A stretch of 62,510 nt of DNA, the filler included. It is 7 parts of 7 records of this genome, joined end to end, with 100 filler letters (N's around TTAATTAATTAA, not from the genome) between each part and the next. Parts side by side here need not be neighbours in the genome. Positions count along the whole stretch, not along the records: positions 1 to 17,380 come from SRR20825019_1142; positions 17,481 to 22,806 come from SRR20825019_1144; 5 more parts are not named here. The stretch is one strand, 5' to 3'. The position numbers and the translations under genes are program-made. Positions 9,995 through 20,434 of this stretch are shown piece by piece. Position 1 is the first letter of the stretch. Every line of letters begins with the position of its first letter. The notes under the pieces were generated by a model. That model was given only the letters and a program-made list of their open reading frames with translations, was not told where the DNA came from and did no database searches.

Positions 9995-10627
9995 TTGTTC
10001 CACCCGTTCACCACCCGGTCGCTCGACCTGAAAAGCCACATCGTCATGGTGCCGATGTCGCGCCGATTCTCTCCTGAAGGCATTCCAGGACCGGTCAGCG
10101 CAGTCTATTATCAGCGGCGGGACGAAGGTAGTGTGGGGCTGATCCTGTCCGAAGGTACGGTGGTCGACCATCCGACATCACGCAATGATGCGGGCATTCC
10201 GTTCTTTCACGGTGAACAGGCGCTGGCAGACTGGAAGAACGTTCTCGTCGCCATTCACGAAGCGGGCGAACGCATAGCCCCAAATCCGGCACACCGGAGC
10301 GCCCGCTACATCAATGGCTGGGAGCCTGATGCGCCGGTGGAGAACCACTCCGGTTTGGACTCCCCGGGAGAGCCGCGCGGCGTCGCCACGAACGAGCAAA
10401 ACATCGCCGAGATGCACGGTGCCCACGGTTATCTCATCGACCAATTCTATTGTGCGGGTACCAATCTGCGCACCGAACGTTGTGGTGGCCTCACGATCAA
10501 GGATCGTGCGCGGTGGAGACCGTCAGCGCCGTGCCGGGGTGGTGAGCCCAGATTTCCCGATCATCATGCGCGGCTGCCAGTGGAAACAGCAGGATTTCAG
10601 CGTTCGGCGGGCGGCCTCTTCGACTGA
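9995..10627 (+). pseudogene. Degraded NADH:flavin oxidoreductase (OYE family)
   Basis: IVMVPMSR, YYQRR, GLILSEGT and EMHGAHGYLIDQF motifs, with an internal deletion, frameshifts and 3' truncation. Confidence 0.85.
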
Positions 10628-11319
10628 GATGGAAGGACACATAACTCCTCGCGGAAACCCTCAAGCGTCTTCCTTTGCAAGCCCTCGGCATCAAAGTTCT
10701 CCGGCGCAAGCCAAGCCTCATAGGCAGGCCGTAACTTCGTCCAATCTTTGTCAAGCATCGCGAACCATGCGGTGTCCCGGTTCCGTCCTTTCACGATCAA
10801 GTGCTGGTGAAACACCCCCTCGTGCTGGAAACCGAAACGGTGTGCTGACCGTTTGGACGGCAGGTTTTCGTTGTCGCATTTCCACTCGAAGCGGCGATAG
10901 CCGAGGTCGTCAAAGATGTGACGGGCAAACAGGAACAGGGCCTCGGTTGCCGCTGGCTTTCGTGACATCAATGGCCCCCAGTAGATATGGCCAATCTCGG
11001 CCACACCGTTTCCCGCATCGATCCGCATGAAGGTTTGCCGTCCTGCAACCTTGCCCGATACTTTGTCGATCACAGCAAAGAACAGCGGATCCTCGCTTGC
11101 TGCCGACTGCTCCACCCAGGTGCGAAAGACGTCGCGGTCGCTTGGCGGGACATTGGGCAACCAGCGGAACCGCTCGTCCCCATCCGGTTGGGCCGAGGCA
11201 TCGAAAAGGCCGTCCGCATGCCTTGCCGGATCGAGCTTTTCCAGCCGGACGAACCGTCCGTTCATCGGCTCGGTTCGGGGTTTGGGGCGCTGGGTCCATG
11301 TGGACAGGTCTTCCGCCAT
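10597..11319 (-). CDS. GNAT family N-acetyltransferase (RimL/YdaF-like)
   Basis: AEIGHIYWG, LGYRRFEWKCDNEN.PS.RSA.RFGF, KGRNRDTAWF; AGGAG RBS before MAEDL. Confidence 0.9.
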   Translation of the reverse strand: MAEDLSTWTQRPKPRTEPMNGRFVRLEKLDPARHADGLFDASAQPDGDERFRWLPNVPPSDRDVFRTWVEQSAASEDPLFFAVIDKVSGKVAGRQTFMRIDAGNGVAEIGHIYWGPLMSRKPAATEALFLFARHIFDDLGYRRFEWKCDNENLPSKRSAHRFGFQHEGVFHQHLIVKGRNRDTAWFAMLDKDWTKLRPAYEAWLAPENFDAEGLQRKTLEGFREELCVLPSQSKRPPAER

Positions 11320-11362
11320 TTCAGGCTCCTTCTTTAATGTTCGACTGGCCGATCCGGCACCT

Positions 11363-11755
11363 TCAGGCCTCAGGACCGGCCACGTTTTCCAGCGTCTCGC
11401 CCTCGCCGATCCTGACGAAGACATACCGTACGTCATCTCCACCCTGCAGGATCTGCGCCCGGTGAATCACACGGCGTGGGAAATAGGCGTAGTCACCCGC
11501 TCCGAGTTCGAAAGATTGCGTCCCGCCCGGGCCGTGATCGACGCGGATGCGGCCCGAGAGCATATACATGATGCTGTCGAAGTCATTGTGGTGGTGCCAC
11601 TGGCTTGGTTGATCCAGCGCAGTAACATGACATTCGCCGACCCAAAGCTCCCCGACTTCCAGCGCTTTGCGACGGATTTGCCCTAGCGTGATCGGTCCCT
11701 CTTCAAGATCCGCCGCGCGGATGACGCCAATTTCGGAAAACAGTTCCTTGCCCAT
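11363..11755 (-). CDS. Cupin domain protein
   Basis: WHHH...YMLSGRIRV and GDYAYFPRRVIH cupin motifs. Confidence 0.85.
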   Translation of the reverse strand: MGKELFSEIGVIRAADLEEGPITLGQIRRKALEVGELWVGECHVTALDQPSQWHHHNDFDSIMYMLSGRIRVDHGPGGTQSFELGAGDYAYFPRRVIHRAQILQGGDDVRYVFVRIGEGETLENVAGPEA

Positions 11756-11850
11756 AAGACTTCCTCTCGATGCGGTCATGTTCTGTCATGCAGTATCGAC
11801 GGCTCGTCTGAAAAACAGAAGGACAAGTCTTGTTGCGAAACGGACAAAGA

Positions 11851-12663
11851 CTAGGGTCCGTCGAGATGCAGTTTCCGGGCTTGTGCCGGGGTCATGCCAA
11901 AGGTTCGGCGGAACGCGACCCCGAGCGCGGATTGACTGCTGAAGCCGACCTTCTGGGCGATGCGGTCTATTTCTCCGTTGGTCATCATCAGGGCGAACGC
12001 CGCGTTCAGGCGCGCCTGTAACCGCCATTGCCCAAAGGTCATCCCGGTATCGTGAAGAAACAGCCGCGCCAGCGTCCGCGTCGATGCGCCACAAACTTCG
12101 GCCCAGTCATCAAGCGTTCGTGGATCGGCAGGATTTTCGACGATGGCTCGCGCGATCTTGGACAAACGCGCTTCCTGCAGTTGCGGAAGGCGGGTCATCA
12201 GGGTTTTGGCACGTCCGACTTCGTCGATGATAAGGGCGATGATATGCGGGCATCGCCCGTCAGGGGGCCAGTCCACCGGTTCGGCACAAATTGCAAGGAT
12301 CAGTTCCCGCAGCAGCGGACTAAACGTCAGCACTCGCGGTTCCTGGACGAGAGCCGCAGCCATGGTTCGTTCGATGAACAATTCACGCATCGCGACATCG
12401 CCCTCCATGGAGATGGAATGCGCTTCGTCCGCAGGCAGAAACAAGGCCTTGGTCGGTGGAAGCAGGAACAAAGCGTTTGCGGTTTCCACGCGCATCAACC
12501 CCGAGATCGCGTAGACAAGTTGCGCTTTTGGATGGCTGTGCCTCCCCGAGGAAAGCCCACGTGGATAATCCATGGCGAAGCCAACGACACTGCGATCCGC
12601 GCGTTCATACTTATCAATAAACGCCTGTCGTTCTGGCGAAAAAAATATAATTTCTGTTTTCAT
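11851..12663 (-). CDS. AraC family regulator with N-terminal cupin
   Basis: HSHPKAQLVYA; C-terminal RTLARLF..TGMTFGQWR...GFSSQSAL..AFRRTFGMTP. Confidence 0.93.
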   Translation of the reverse strand: MKTEIIFFSPERQAFIDKYERADRSVVGFAMDYPRGLSSGRHSHPKAQLVYAISGLMRVETANALFLLPPTKALFLPADEAHSISMEGDVAMRELFIERTMAAALVQEPRVLTFSPLLRELILAICAEPVDWPPDGRCPHIIALIIDEVGRAKTLMTRLPQLQEARLSKIARAIVENPADPRTLDDWAEVCGASTRTLARLFLHDTGMTFGQWRLQARLNAAFALMMTNGEIDRIAQKVGFSSQSALGVAFRRTFGMTPAQARKLHLDGP

Positions 12664-12734
12664 GCGGCCACGTTATTCGCCACGTCGTTCGCTGGCAATT
12701 GCGCCAGTGGAAAGCCCGCCTTCGGCTTCCGTAA

Positions 12735-12935
12735 ATCCGAGACCCAAACGGGCGCTTTGGGCAGGTTGTCCCGCGTGCGAACTGGTGCAGACTGATGGCC
12801 TCGCATCACTGATGGTTCGAGAACCGCAGCCCTAAATGTGCGCTGCTGGTCTCTATCGACGATGCAATCGACAAGCGCCTGCATCTTCGTATTGCCAGCT
12901 CCGAGAACACCTTCAACTATCTGCATGCGAGGATG
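12735..12935 (+). mobile_element. IS1202 (ISNCY)-family transposase remnant
   Basis: Frameshifted translation ELVQTDG..H.WFENRSPKCALLVSIDDA...SENTFNY matches the family catalytic-domain motif. Confidence 0.7.
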
Positions 12936-13022
12936 GCTTATGCTGTTTCGTCTGCCGGAATGAAAGATAATAAATGCGGACTGCGATTGGAAACAGGGCG
13001 TGGAAGAACTTATCCACCTCCA

Positions 13023-13087
13023 GGTATCCCTAGACCTACCAAGTGTATTGCAAGTGCCTAATTGACGCTAGGTTTATTTAATATACT
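13023..13087 (+). promoter_or_regulatory. 65-bp conserved promoter/operator, copy C
   Basis: GGTATC..TACCA..AGTGCCT.ATTGACGC..TATACT, gap-free alignment to copies A and B. Confidence 0.7.
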
Positions 13088-13401
13088 ACTTCGTCAACAA
13101 CGCAGACGGAGTATTTGATGTCAAAACGAACCATCATCCAAAACAGCCATTCCGGCTCCAAATCGTCGATAGATCTCGCTCAGGCTGCCGAAATGGGCTC
13201 CAGGGCACTTTTAGTGCGGATCTGAGCATTTCTACCAATGAATGCAAATCGTGACTTCCAAATTGCGACCTCGGCTATTGGTTCAAAGTCAGCGCCAGCC
13301 AGTCGCCCTGGCAGACCTGTACATCACAAATGGTCGCGTTCGGGATCCCCGGTTTCATTCAGATATTCAACCAATCGAGAAAGCAGAATCAGAGAGAAAA
13401 C

Positions 13402-14469
13402 ATGCCAACATCTAAGCTTCTAAGTGCCGTAGGCAACGCCGAACTCACATTTAAAAATCGCGTCTTCATGGCTCCGATGACAAGAGCGCGATCCAAGGAT
13501 CATGTAGCCAACGAATTGACGGCGACATACTACGCACAGCGTGCGTCCGCCGGCCTGATTTTTACCGAAGGAACCCAGATCAGTTCTCAGGCAGTAGGCT
13601 AGACCAACACGCCGGGAATCCATACCGCCGAGCAGATCGCGGGATGGAAAAAAGTCACGGAGGCTGTTCACAAAGCCGGAGGCCTGATCTTCGCCCAGCT
13701 CTGGCACACAGGCCGTGCGTCCCATCCGGATTTTCATGGCGGCGAACTCCCCGTAGCGCCGTCCGCGATTCCCTTTGACAGCCAGGTGTTTACTGCAGAA
13801 GGCCCCAAGCCGACGGTCACACCGAGAGAGCTTACAATCGATGAGATCAAATCCACGATAGCAGACTATGAAGCCGCGGCGCGGGCGGCGAAGGAAGCAG
13901 GCTTCGATGGCGTCGAAGTCCACAGTGCCAACGGATACTTGCCGGCCCAGTTTCTGGAAGATGGCCCAAACAAAAGAACCGACGAATATGGCGGTCCGAT
14001 CGAAAATCGCGCGCGGTTCCTGCTCGAAGCCACGGACGCTGCCATCAGCGTCTTCGGGCCGGAGCGCGTCTCGGTCAGGCTTTCGCCGCGCATTCCGTAT
14101 AACGACATGGGCGATTCCAATCTCGAGCAAACATATATGTTTGCTGTTGAGGCACTTGAAAAGAAAAAGGTCGGCATCCTCCATTTCATGGAGTCCGCGA
14201 ACCTGCCGGAGGGAGCGAAGCCATTCGCACCAGAGGCCCGGAAGCGGTTCTCAGGCCTTTTCGTGGTGAATGTCGACTATGATCAGCAGACTGCGGAGCA
14301 GGCCATCGAATCGGGCCTGGCTGATGCCGTCACGTTTGGACGGCTCTTCATCAGCAACCCGGATCTGCCGGAACGCTTCCGCACGAATGCGCCTTTGGCA
14401 CCTTCGGATCATGAGACTTACTATAGCGGCAGCGAAAACGGATACACTGACTATCCCAATCTGCCTTAG
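13402..14469 (+). pseudogene. Alkene reductase (OYE/NemA-like) with one in-frame TAG at 13600-13602
   Basis: NRVFMAPMTRAR, YYAQRASAGLI, AQLWHTGR, GFDGVEVHSANGYL, GYTDYP all in one frame except AVG*TNTPG. Confidence 0.85.
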
Positions 14470-14699
14470 TCAAAGTGTTCCTGGCCAGATGCGCATTTGC
14501 CATACCCGACGGTACGGCAAATGCGCATACCTAGGCCGTGTGGACGGATTTGAAGAGGTTGAATGCACCGCCGATCTCACATCATTGCCCAAATCGCTCT
14601 GGCCATTTTGTTTGATGATGACGTCGACGCCCGATTATGCAGGCTTCAGGGAAACGGTGGCGGAGGTCCGGCGCCGTCATTCCGCGGGAGAACGCCTCG

Positions 14700-14885
14700 A
14701 ATGGCCGTATGGCGCTGTTTGCGCGGCACCTTAATGTCCTCATCAATCCAGTGGTCAATCGTCTACATGAACGCATCCAGCTTCGGCCGCCTGATCGGTG
14801 ATTGCCGCTGATAGCCAGGCGGCGTTGAATACGCCATCATCTTGGCAACGCTGTCACGCGAGATGTTGAAATGCTTTGCAGCCTG
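14700..14885 (-). mobile_element. IS21-family istA N-terminal remnant
   Basis: Minus strand reads AAKHFNISRDSVAKM..STPPGYQR...RRPKLDAFM*TIDHWIDED..VPRKQRHTA. Confidence 0.8.
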
Positions 14886-14951
14886 ATGTCGGCTCATTCC
14901 TTCAGAACAAGCCAGACGGACCTTCAGATATAATTCCACGGTATAGATCCC

Positions 14952-15560
14952 CTAGGACGGATCGACATTCATCGGATCCAGATGGCGATTGCGGCAAGGT
15001 AGGCAAATCCCTCGAAGTGGCGCCGTTGCCTGTCATATCGCGTGGCGAAACGTCGGAAGTGCTTGAGCCGATTGAAGCAACGTTCGATGCGGTTGCGATG
15101 TCGGTAGGCTTGTGTGTCGTGGGGAATGATGATCTTGCGCGAACGGTTCGAGGGGATGACCGCCTCGGCCTTCATGGTGGTAATCTTCTCACGCAAGGCA
15201 TTGCTGTCATAGGCTTTATCAGCAAGAACAGTGGAAGCGGACTGTCCTTCCAGAAGAGCTTCAGCCTGGGTGCAGTCGCCAACCTGTCCGGCGGTGACGA
15301 TGAGACGTACCGGGCGACCGAGCGTGTCGGCCAGCATATGGATCTTGGTGGTCAGCCCGCCTCGGGAACGCCCCAACGCCTGATCCTTTGCCCCCCTTTT
15401 CCGCTCGCCGCCTGCTGATGGGCGCGGACGATGGTACTGTCGATCATCAGATACTGGTTGTCGCGGTCGGCAGCCAAGACCTCGAACACCCGTTCCCACA
15501 CGGCCAGCGTGGCACCAGCGACTGAAGCGCCGGTGTGTAGTTCGGCGTGGCACCAGGACC
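14952..15560 (-). mobile_element. IS5-family element, 5'-truncated, split transposase
   Basis: MIDSTIVRAHQ (ORF A), GRSRGGLTTKIH, LADKAYD, YRHRNRIERCFNRLKHFRRFATRYD (ORF B); AAAAGGGGGG slippery site at 15391-15400; CTAG next to the right end. Confidence 0.9.
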
Positions 15561-15628
15561 CCACACTCTTTAAATCTTTCAAAGACTTATCGTGCCTATC
15601 GGCGTCGAACCCCTATGCCGATTTACAC

Positions 15629-16540
15629 TCAGTCCGCCAATCGTGCCGCCAGGTCGCTCAAAAGCGAGCGGCCCGCCGGGCCAGGCACGCGATCGGCGAG
15701 ATGGGCCGCGTAAATCGTCAACGGATCTGCATTCCCTCCGGTATCGTCATCAAGCATGAGCCTGACCAGCCTGCCAGCAGCCAGGTGCTCCTTTACAAGA
15801 TGCTCGGGCATCCGGCACCATCCAAAGCCCGCGAGCAGGAAATCCATGCGCCGCCCAAGATCGACGAACCGCCACGGAGCCGAGCCCGTCAGTCCGTAGT
15901 TCGGCCCATCCCTATCCGCCGGATCGGAGAGAACAAGCTGAACATGGGTCTCCAGATCGACACGGCTTGCCGGACGACCAAGAGTCGCCAGAGGATGGTC
16001 CGCTGCAGCCACGGGCAACAGGTTGATCCGGATGAGCGGCGTCGCCATCACATCCTCCGGCGCGTCGGGCAGCAGCAGGCAAAATGCAAGCGACACGTCG
16101 CCAGCGCGCAAGCGGCGGAGCGCGCCTCCAAGCCCCTCGGTCGAGAAGCTGATCTGCAATTGTGGATGGGTCTCGTGCAGCGCGCGAAGACTTCCGATCA
16201 GCGGCGTGGTGGGGACCAGCGGATCAATGGCCAGTGCCAGTTCCGCTTCCATCCCTTGACGTGATCCTGCGGCCACGGCCTCGAACCGGGCAGCGCTTGC
16301 CAGCACCATTCGCGCCTGCTGCACCAGGATACGGCCCGTTTCCGTGAGCTGCGGCCGGTGACCGCTCCGGTCGAAAAGCGTAACCCCCTGGGTGGCCTCC
16401 AGTGTGGCGACGGCCTGGCTGATGGCGGATTGTACCCGTCTCAGTTTGCGGCCAGCGGCGGAAAAACTGCCGGTGTCGGCAATCGCGACCAGCACGCGCA
16501 GTTGATCAAGGCTCAACGATGAAATCAAAATTATCACCAT
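15629..16540 (-). CDS. LysR family regulator
   Basis: LDQLRVL..GSFSAAGRKLRRVQSAISQ..LFDR HTH; divergent from the azoreductase. Confidence 0.93.
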   Translation of the reverse strand: MVIILISSLSLDQLRVLVAIADTGSFSAAGRKLRRVQSAISQAVATLEATQGVTLFDRSGHRPQLTETGRILVQQARMVLASAARFEAVAAGSRQGMEAELALAIDPLVPTTPLIGSLRALHETHPQLQISFSTEGLGGALRRLRAGDVSLAFCLLLPDAPEDVMATPLIRINLLPVAAADHPLATLGRPASRVDLETHVQLVLSDPADRDGPNYGLTGSAPWRFVDLGRRMDFLLAGFGWCRMPEHLVKEHLAAGRLVRLMLDDDTGGNADPLTIYAAHLADRVPGPAGRSLLSDLAARLAD

Positions 16541-16634
16541 ATGTGATGGAAATCATCGGTTTTATATCACTCCCTCTGGATAACTGGAAGCCCTATCCTC
16601 TTTGTCATGCTCCCATCAGGAAAAGGAATGTGGC

Positions 16635-17252
16635 ATGACCAGACTTCTCGTTGTTGAAACCAGCCCGCGCGGCAACGCCTCGGTGTCGCGCAACATGACA
16701 CGACGTTACCTTGCGGAATGGCAGGCGCGGAACCCGAACGGCAAGATCATCCGTCGTGACCTTGCCGAGGAGGCGCTTCCCCAGGTCACGATGCCGTGGC
16801 TTGCCGCCTATTTCACACCGACCGAAGCACAGACGGCGGAGATGAAGGCACAGTTGGGGCTTTCCGATACACTTGTTCGGGAGCTTCTGGACTGCGACGA
16901 GCTCGTGATCGCCACTCCGGTCTATAACTACAACATCCCGGCCGCGCTCAAGGCGTGGGTAGATCATATCGTGCGCAAGGGCTTGACGCTCGGCTTCGAT
17001 GGCAGTGGTCTGGTCACCGGGAAAAAGGCCACGTTGCTGATCGCCTCGGGCGGCGAATATGGTGAAAACTCCCCGATCAAGGATCGCGACATCGCCACTC
17101 AATATCTCAGGATGATCCTGAATGTGCTCGGGATCGAAGACATCGCGGTCGTCGCCGGCGGCGGTGCCAAGAATGTGGATCTCGGGCAAATCAGCATGGA
17201 AGACTTCGTCGGCAAGCTCGATATGCAGCGCAGGCAAAAGATTTTCGCCTGA
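16635..17252 (+). CDS. azoR: FMN-dependent NADH azoreductase (Flavodoxin_2)
   Basis: [30 protein letters not shown] motifs. Confidence 0.85.
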   Translation: MTRLLVVETSPRGNASVSRNMTRRYLAEWQARNPNGKIIRRDLAEEALPQVTMPWLAAYFTPTEAQTAEMKAQLGLSDTLVRELLDCDELVIATPVYNYNIPAALKAWVDHIVRKGLTLGFDGSGLVTGKKATLLIASGGEYGENSPIKDRDIATQYLRMILNVLGIEDIAVVAGGGAKNVDLGQISMEDFVGKLDMQRRQKIFA

Positions 17253-17380
17253 GCGGACGGCAAAACACGCGGGCCAGCACCAATCTGTTGGCCCCCGAGG
17301 CTTCATACCTCCTTGCTTCCGGGGCTTGCCGCGTCGGCAACTATGTGAAAACATTCAGTGGAAGAGAGCCTACGGACAGC

Positions 17381-17480
17381 NNNNNNNNNNNNNNNNNNNN
17401 NNNNNNNNNNNNNNNNNNNNNNNNTTAATTAATTAANNNNNNNNNNNNNNNNNNNNNNNNNNNNNNNNNNNNNNNNNNNN
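17381..17480. other. Artificial contig linker
   Basis: N44-TTAATTAATTAA-N44 (stops in all six frames). Confidence 0.99.
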
Positions 17481-19117
17481 CAGATGATATAGCCGATCTG
17501 GAGACCGCGGAAGCCGACAATCCACCTCCCGCTCCGACGGCATCGCCGGCAATCCTGCCCTCTGCATTTTACACGATGCCGGCAGACAGTGACGAGAACA
17601 GCCCCGGATTGCTGGCCGGGCTGCCGTTGCCGATCCTCATTCATGCGGGAGACAGGCTCCATTACGCCAACAAGGCGTTTTTCGACCTGACCGGTTATCC
17701 GGATCTGAATGCGCTTGAGGAAAGCGGTGGCCTCGACGCGCTTTTCCCGGAAAGCTACGAGGTTTCACAGTCCCCAACCGATGCCCAGGCGTTGATAATT
17801 CGGACCGCTCAAGGGGACGAGCACGATGTACATGCGCATCTGCAATCCGTTCCCTGGCGCGGTGGGAAGGCCCTCCTTCTCGCGCTACAGCCAATCGAAA
17901 GCGAGATGAACGCTTCTGCCGCAACGGCAGAGACCAGCGCGGCTGATACCCAGGCTGAGGCGGTGAACGACGCCGAGCTCGAAGCGCAAACAGCCGAGCT
18001 ACAGATGCATCTGGCCGAGATGCGGGCGATCGTCGACACGGCGACGGATGGCGTGGTTGTCATCGATAATGACGGCAATGTCCGCTCCACCAACCGGCCG
18101 GCGGAAGCCCTTTTCGGCTTTGACGCCCAGGACGTGACCGGTAAACCCTTTACCGCATTGTTTGCCATCGAGAGTCAGGGAGCTGTGCGCGCGCATCTTG
18201 AAAGCCTTTCTGACAACGGCGTTGCCAGTGTTCTCAACGATGGTCTGGAGGTGATCGGACGCGAGGCGCAGGGACGCTTCATCCCGCTCTTCATGACGAT
18301 CGGGCGCCTGCCCCACAGCAGCGGGTTCTGCGCCGTGCTGCGCGATGTCACGCAGTGGAAACGCGCGGCGGAGGAGTTGACCCAGGCGCGCGCCGAGGCC
18401 GAACGCGCTTCCTCGCAAAAAACCGAATTTCTGGCGCGCGTCAGCCACGAGGTCCGCACACCGCTGAACGCCATCATCGGCTTTTCAGAGTTGATGCTCG
18501 ATGAGAAATTCGGCCCGATCGGCAATGACCGCTACCGCGACTATCTGCAGGATATCAATCGTTCGGGCAATCATGTGCTCGACCTCGTCAACGATCTGCT
18601 CGACATTTCCAAGATCGAGGCCGGCGAGCAGGAAATGCACTATGAGGCCGTGTCCCTGAACGATGTGCTCGGCGAAACCGTGGCCATGATGCAGCCGCAA
18701 GCCAATCGCGAGCGTGTCATCATTCGTTCGAGCTTCGCCTCCAATCTGCCGGATGTGGTGGCCGATCCGCGCAGCGTTCGCCAGATCGCGCTCAATCTTC
18801 TGTCCAATGCGGTGCGCTATACGCCCGCCGGTGGACAAGTGATCATATCGACGGCTTACAGCCCGGACGGCTCGGTCCTCATTCGCGTGCGTGATACCGG
18901 CATTGGCATGAGCCCCGCAGAGGTCGAAGAGGCGCTGAAACCTTTCAAGCAAATCAACAGCTTGAAGCGCAAGCGCGGTGACGGCACCGGTCTCGGTCTG
19001 CCGCTGACCCGCGCAATGGTGGAAGCCAATCGTGCCGCCTTTGCCATCAATTCCGTGCCAGGTGAAGGAACGCTGGTTGAGGTTTCTTTCCCGCCGACGC
19101 GTGTTCTCGCCGACTGA
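17481..19117 (+). CDS. PAS-domain histidine kinase, PdhS/CbrA (DivJ-PleC family), 5'-truncated
   Basis: PAS domains, FLARVSHEVRTPLNAIIGFSELM..EKFGP, GTGLGLPL, C-terminal FPPTRVLAD; adjacent to Fe ABC and acetoacetyl-CoA synthetase genes, as I recall for rhizobial cbrA. Confidence 0.85.
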
Positions 19118-19145
19118 ACCTCCGGTCAGAAAAGATGACATTTGC

Positions 19146-19166
19146 AGTTTAGAATATTTCTAAACT
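19146..19166. promoter_or_regulatory. Iron control element (Irr/ICE box)
   Basis: AGTTTAGAA-TAT-TTCTAAACT matches TTTAGAA-N3-TTCTAAA; upstream of the Fe(III)-binding protein. Confidence 0.85.
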
Positions 19167-19285
19167 AATGATATTGTTTGTATTTTTCTTGACGCACGAT
19201 GTTTTTTCCGCGAGATGTCCCCGCATTGCGGAGCAATCGCTGCGCATTCCCTGGGACCTTTAATCCCACAGGTTTGGAGACACCA

Positions 19286-20344
19286 ATGCTGACAAACAAA
19301 CTGATCGCTGCCCGCGCCGGTCTTGCCGCGCTCGTTGCAGCAGGAACGCTTGCCACCACTCTGCCTGCGGCCCAGGCTGAGGGAACGGTGAACATCTATT
19401 CCTACCGCCAGCCCTTCCTCATCCAGCCGCTGCTGGACGCTTTCACCGAGAAGACCGGGATCGAGACCGAAGTCCTGTTTCTGGACAAGGGACTTGAAGA
19501 TCGTATTGCGGCGGAAGGCTCCAACTCGCCGGCAGATGTCATCCTGACCGTCGATATCGGTCGCCTGATGAACGCCAAGGAAAAGGGCATCACGCAGCCC
19601 GTCGAGGACGAGACCGTCAATTCCGAAATTCCGTCCGAGTTCCGCGATCCGGAGGGGCACTGGTTCGGTGTCACCACGCGCGGCCGCGTTGTCTACGCCT
19701 CCAAGGAGCGCGTCGAGCAGGACACCATCACCTATGAAGAGCTTGCCGATCCCAAGTGGAAGGGCAAGATCTGCATGCGCAGCGGCCAGCACAATTACAA
19801 CATCGCCCTGTTCGCCTCCATGATCGCCCATCACGGCGAGGAGAAGGCGGAGGAGTGGATGAAGGGCCTCAAGGCCAATCTCGCACGCAAGCCGAGCGGC
19901 AACGACCGGGCGCAGGCGCAGGCGATCTATGCCGGTGAATGCGATCTGGGCATCGGCAACACCTATTACGTCGGCCTCATGATCAACAATGAGAAAGAGC
20001 CGGAGCAGAAGGACTGGGCCGCTTCGATGAAGGTCCTCTTCCCAAATTCGGAAGATCGGGGCACCCACGTCAACATTTCCGGCATGGCCATGGCGAAGCA
20101 TGCGCCGAATCGCGACAAAGCGCTGGAGCTGATGCGCTTCCTGGGCAGCGCCGAAGCCCAGTCGATCTATGCCGAGACCAACTATGAGTATCCGGTTCTT
20201 CCCGGTGCCACGGTTTCTGAAACCGTGCAGTCCTTCGGCAAGATCAAGCCGGACAGCCTGCCGCTCGCCGAGATCGCAAAGAACCGCAAGGCGGCTTCCG
20301 AGATGGTCGATCGCGTCGGTCTCGATGACGGTCCGGCCAGCTGA
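19286..20344 (+). CDS. Fe(III) ABC transporter substrate-binding protein (FbpA/FutA type)
   Basis: Signal peptide, VNIYSYRQ, SPADVILTVD, GNTYYVG, GTHVNISG. Confidence 0.92.
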   Translation: MLTNKLIAARAGLAALVAAGTLATTLPAAQAEGTVNIYSYRQPFLIQPLLDAFTEKTGIETEVLFLDKGLEDRIAAEGSNSPADVILTVDIGRLMNAKEKGITQPVEDETVNSEIPSEFRDPEGHWFGVTTRGRVVYASKERVEQDTITYEELADPKWKGKICMRSGQHNYNIALFASMIAHHGEEKAEEWMKGLKANLARKPSGNDRAQAQAIYAGECDLGIGNTYYVGLMINNEKEPEQKDWAASMKVLFPNSEDRGTHVNISGMAMAKHAPNRDKALELMRFLGSAEAQSIYAETNYEYPVLPGATVSETVQSFGKIKPDSLPLAEIAKNRKAASEMVDRVGLDDGPAS

Positions 20345-20357
20345 TCCATCTTTAAGA

Positions 20358-20395
20358 CGCAAAAGCCGGGTCCTTTGCGGGGCCCGGCTTTTTGC
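20358..20395. terminator. Intergenic stem-loop after the binding-protein gene
   Basis: GCAAAAGCCGGGTCC-TTTGCG-GGGCCCGGCTTTTTGC. Confidence 0.7.
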
Positions 20396-20434
20396 TTTTG
20401 CGGGTAAACCCGCCGCCATATCGCCTCTGTTGCC

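Noticed and set aside
13600..13602. Amber recoding or pyrrolysine in the OYE gene
   Set aside because: TAG serves as a normal stop in the same contig (the HxlR gene and this OYE's own end), and no pyl genes are visible.
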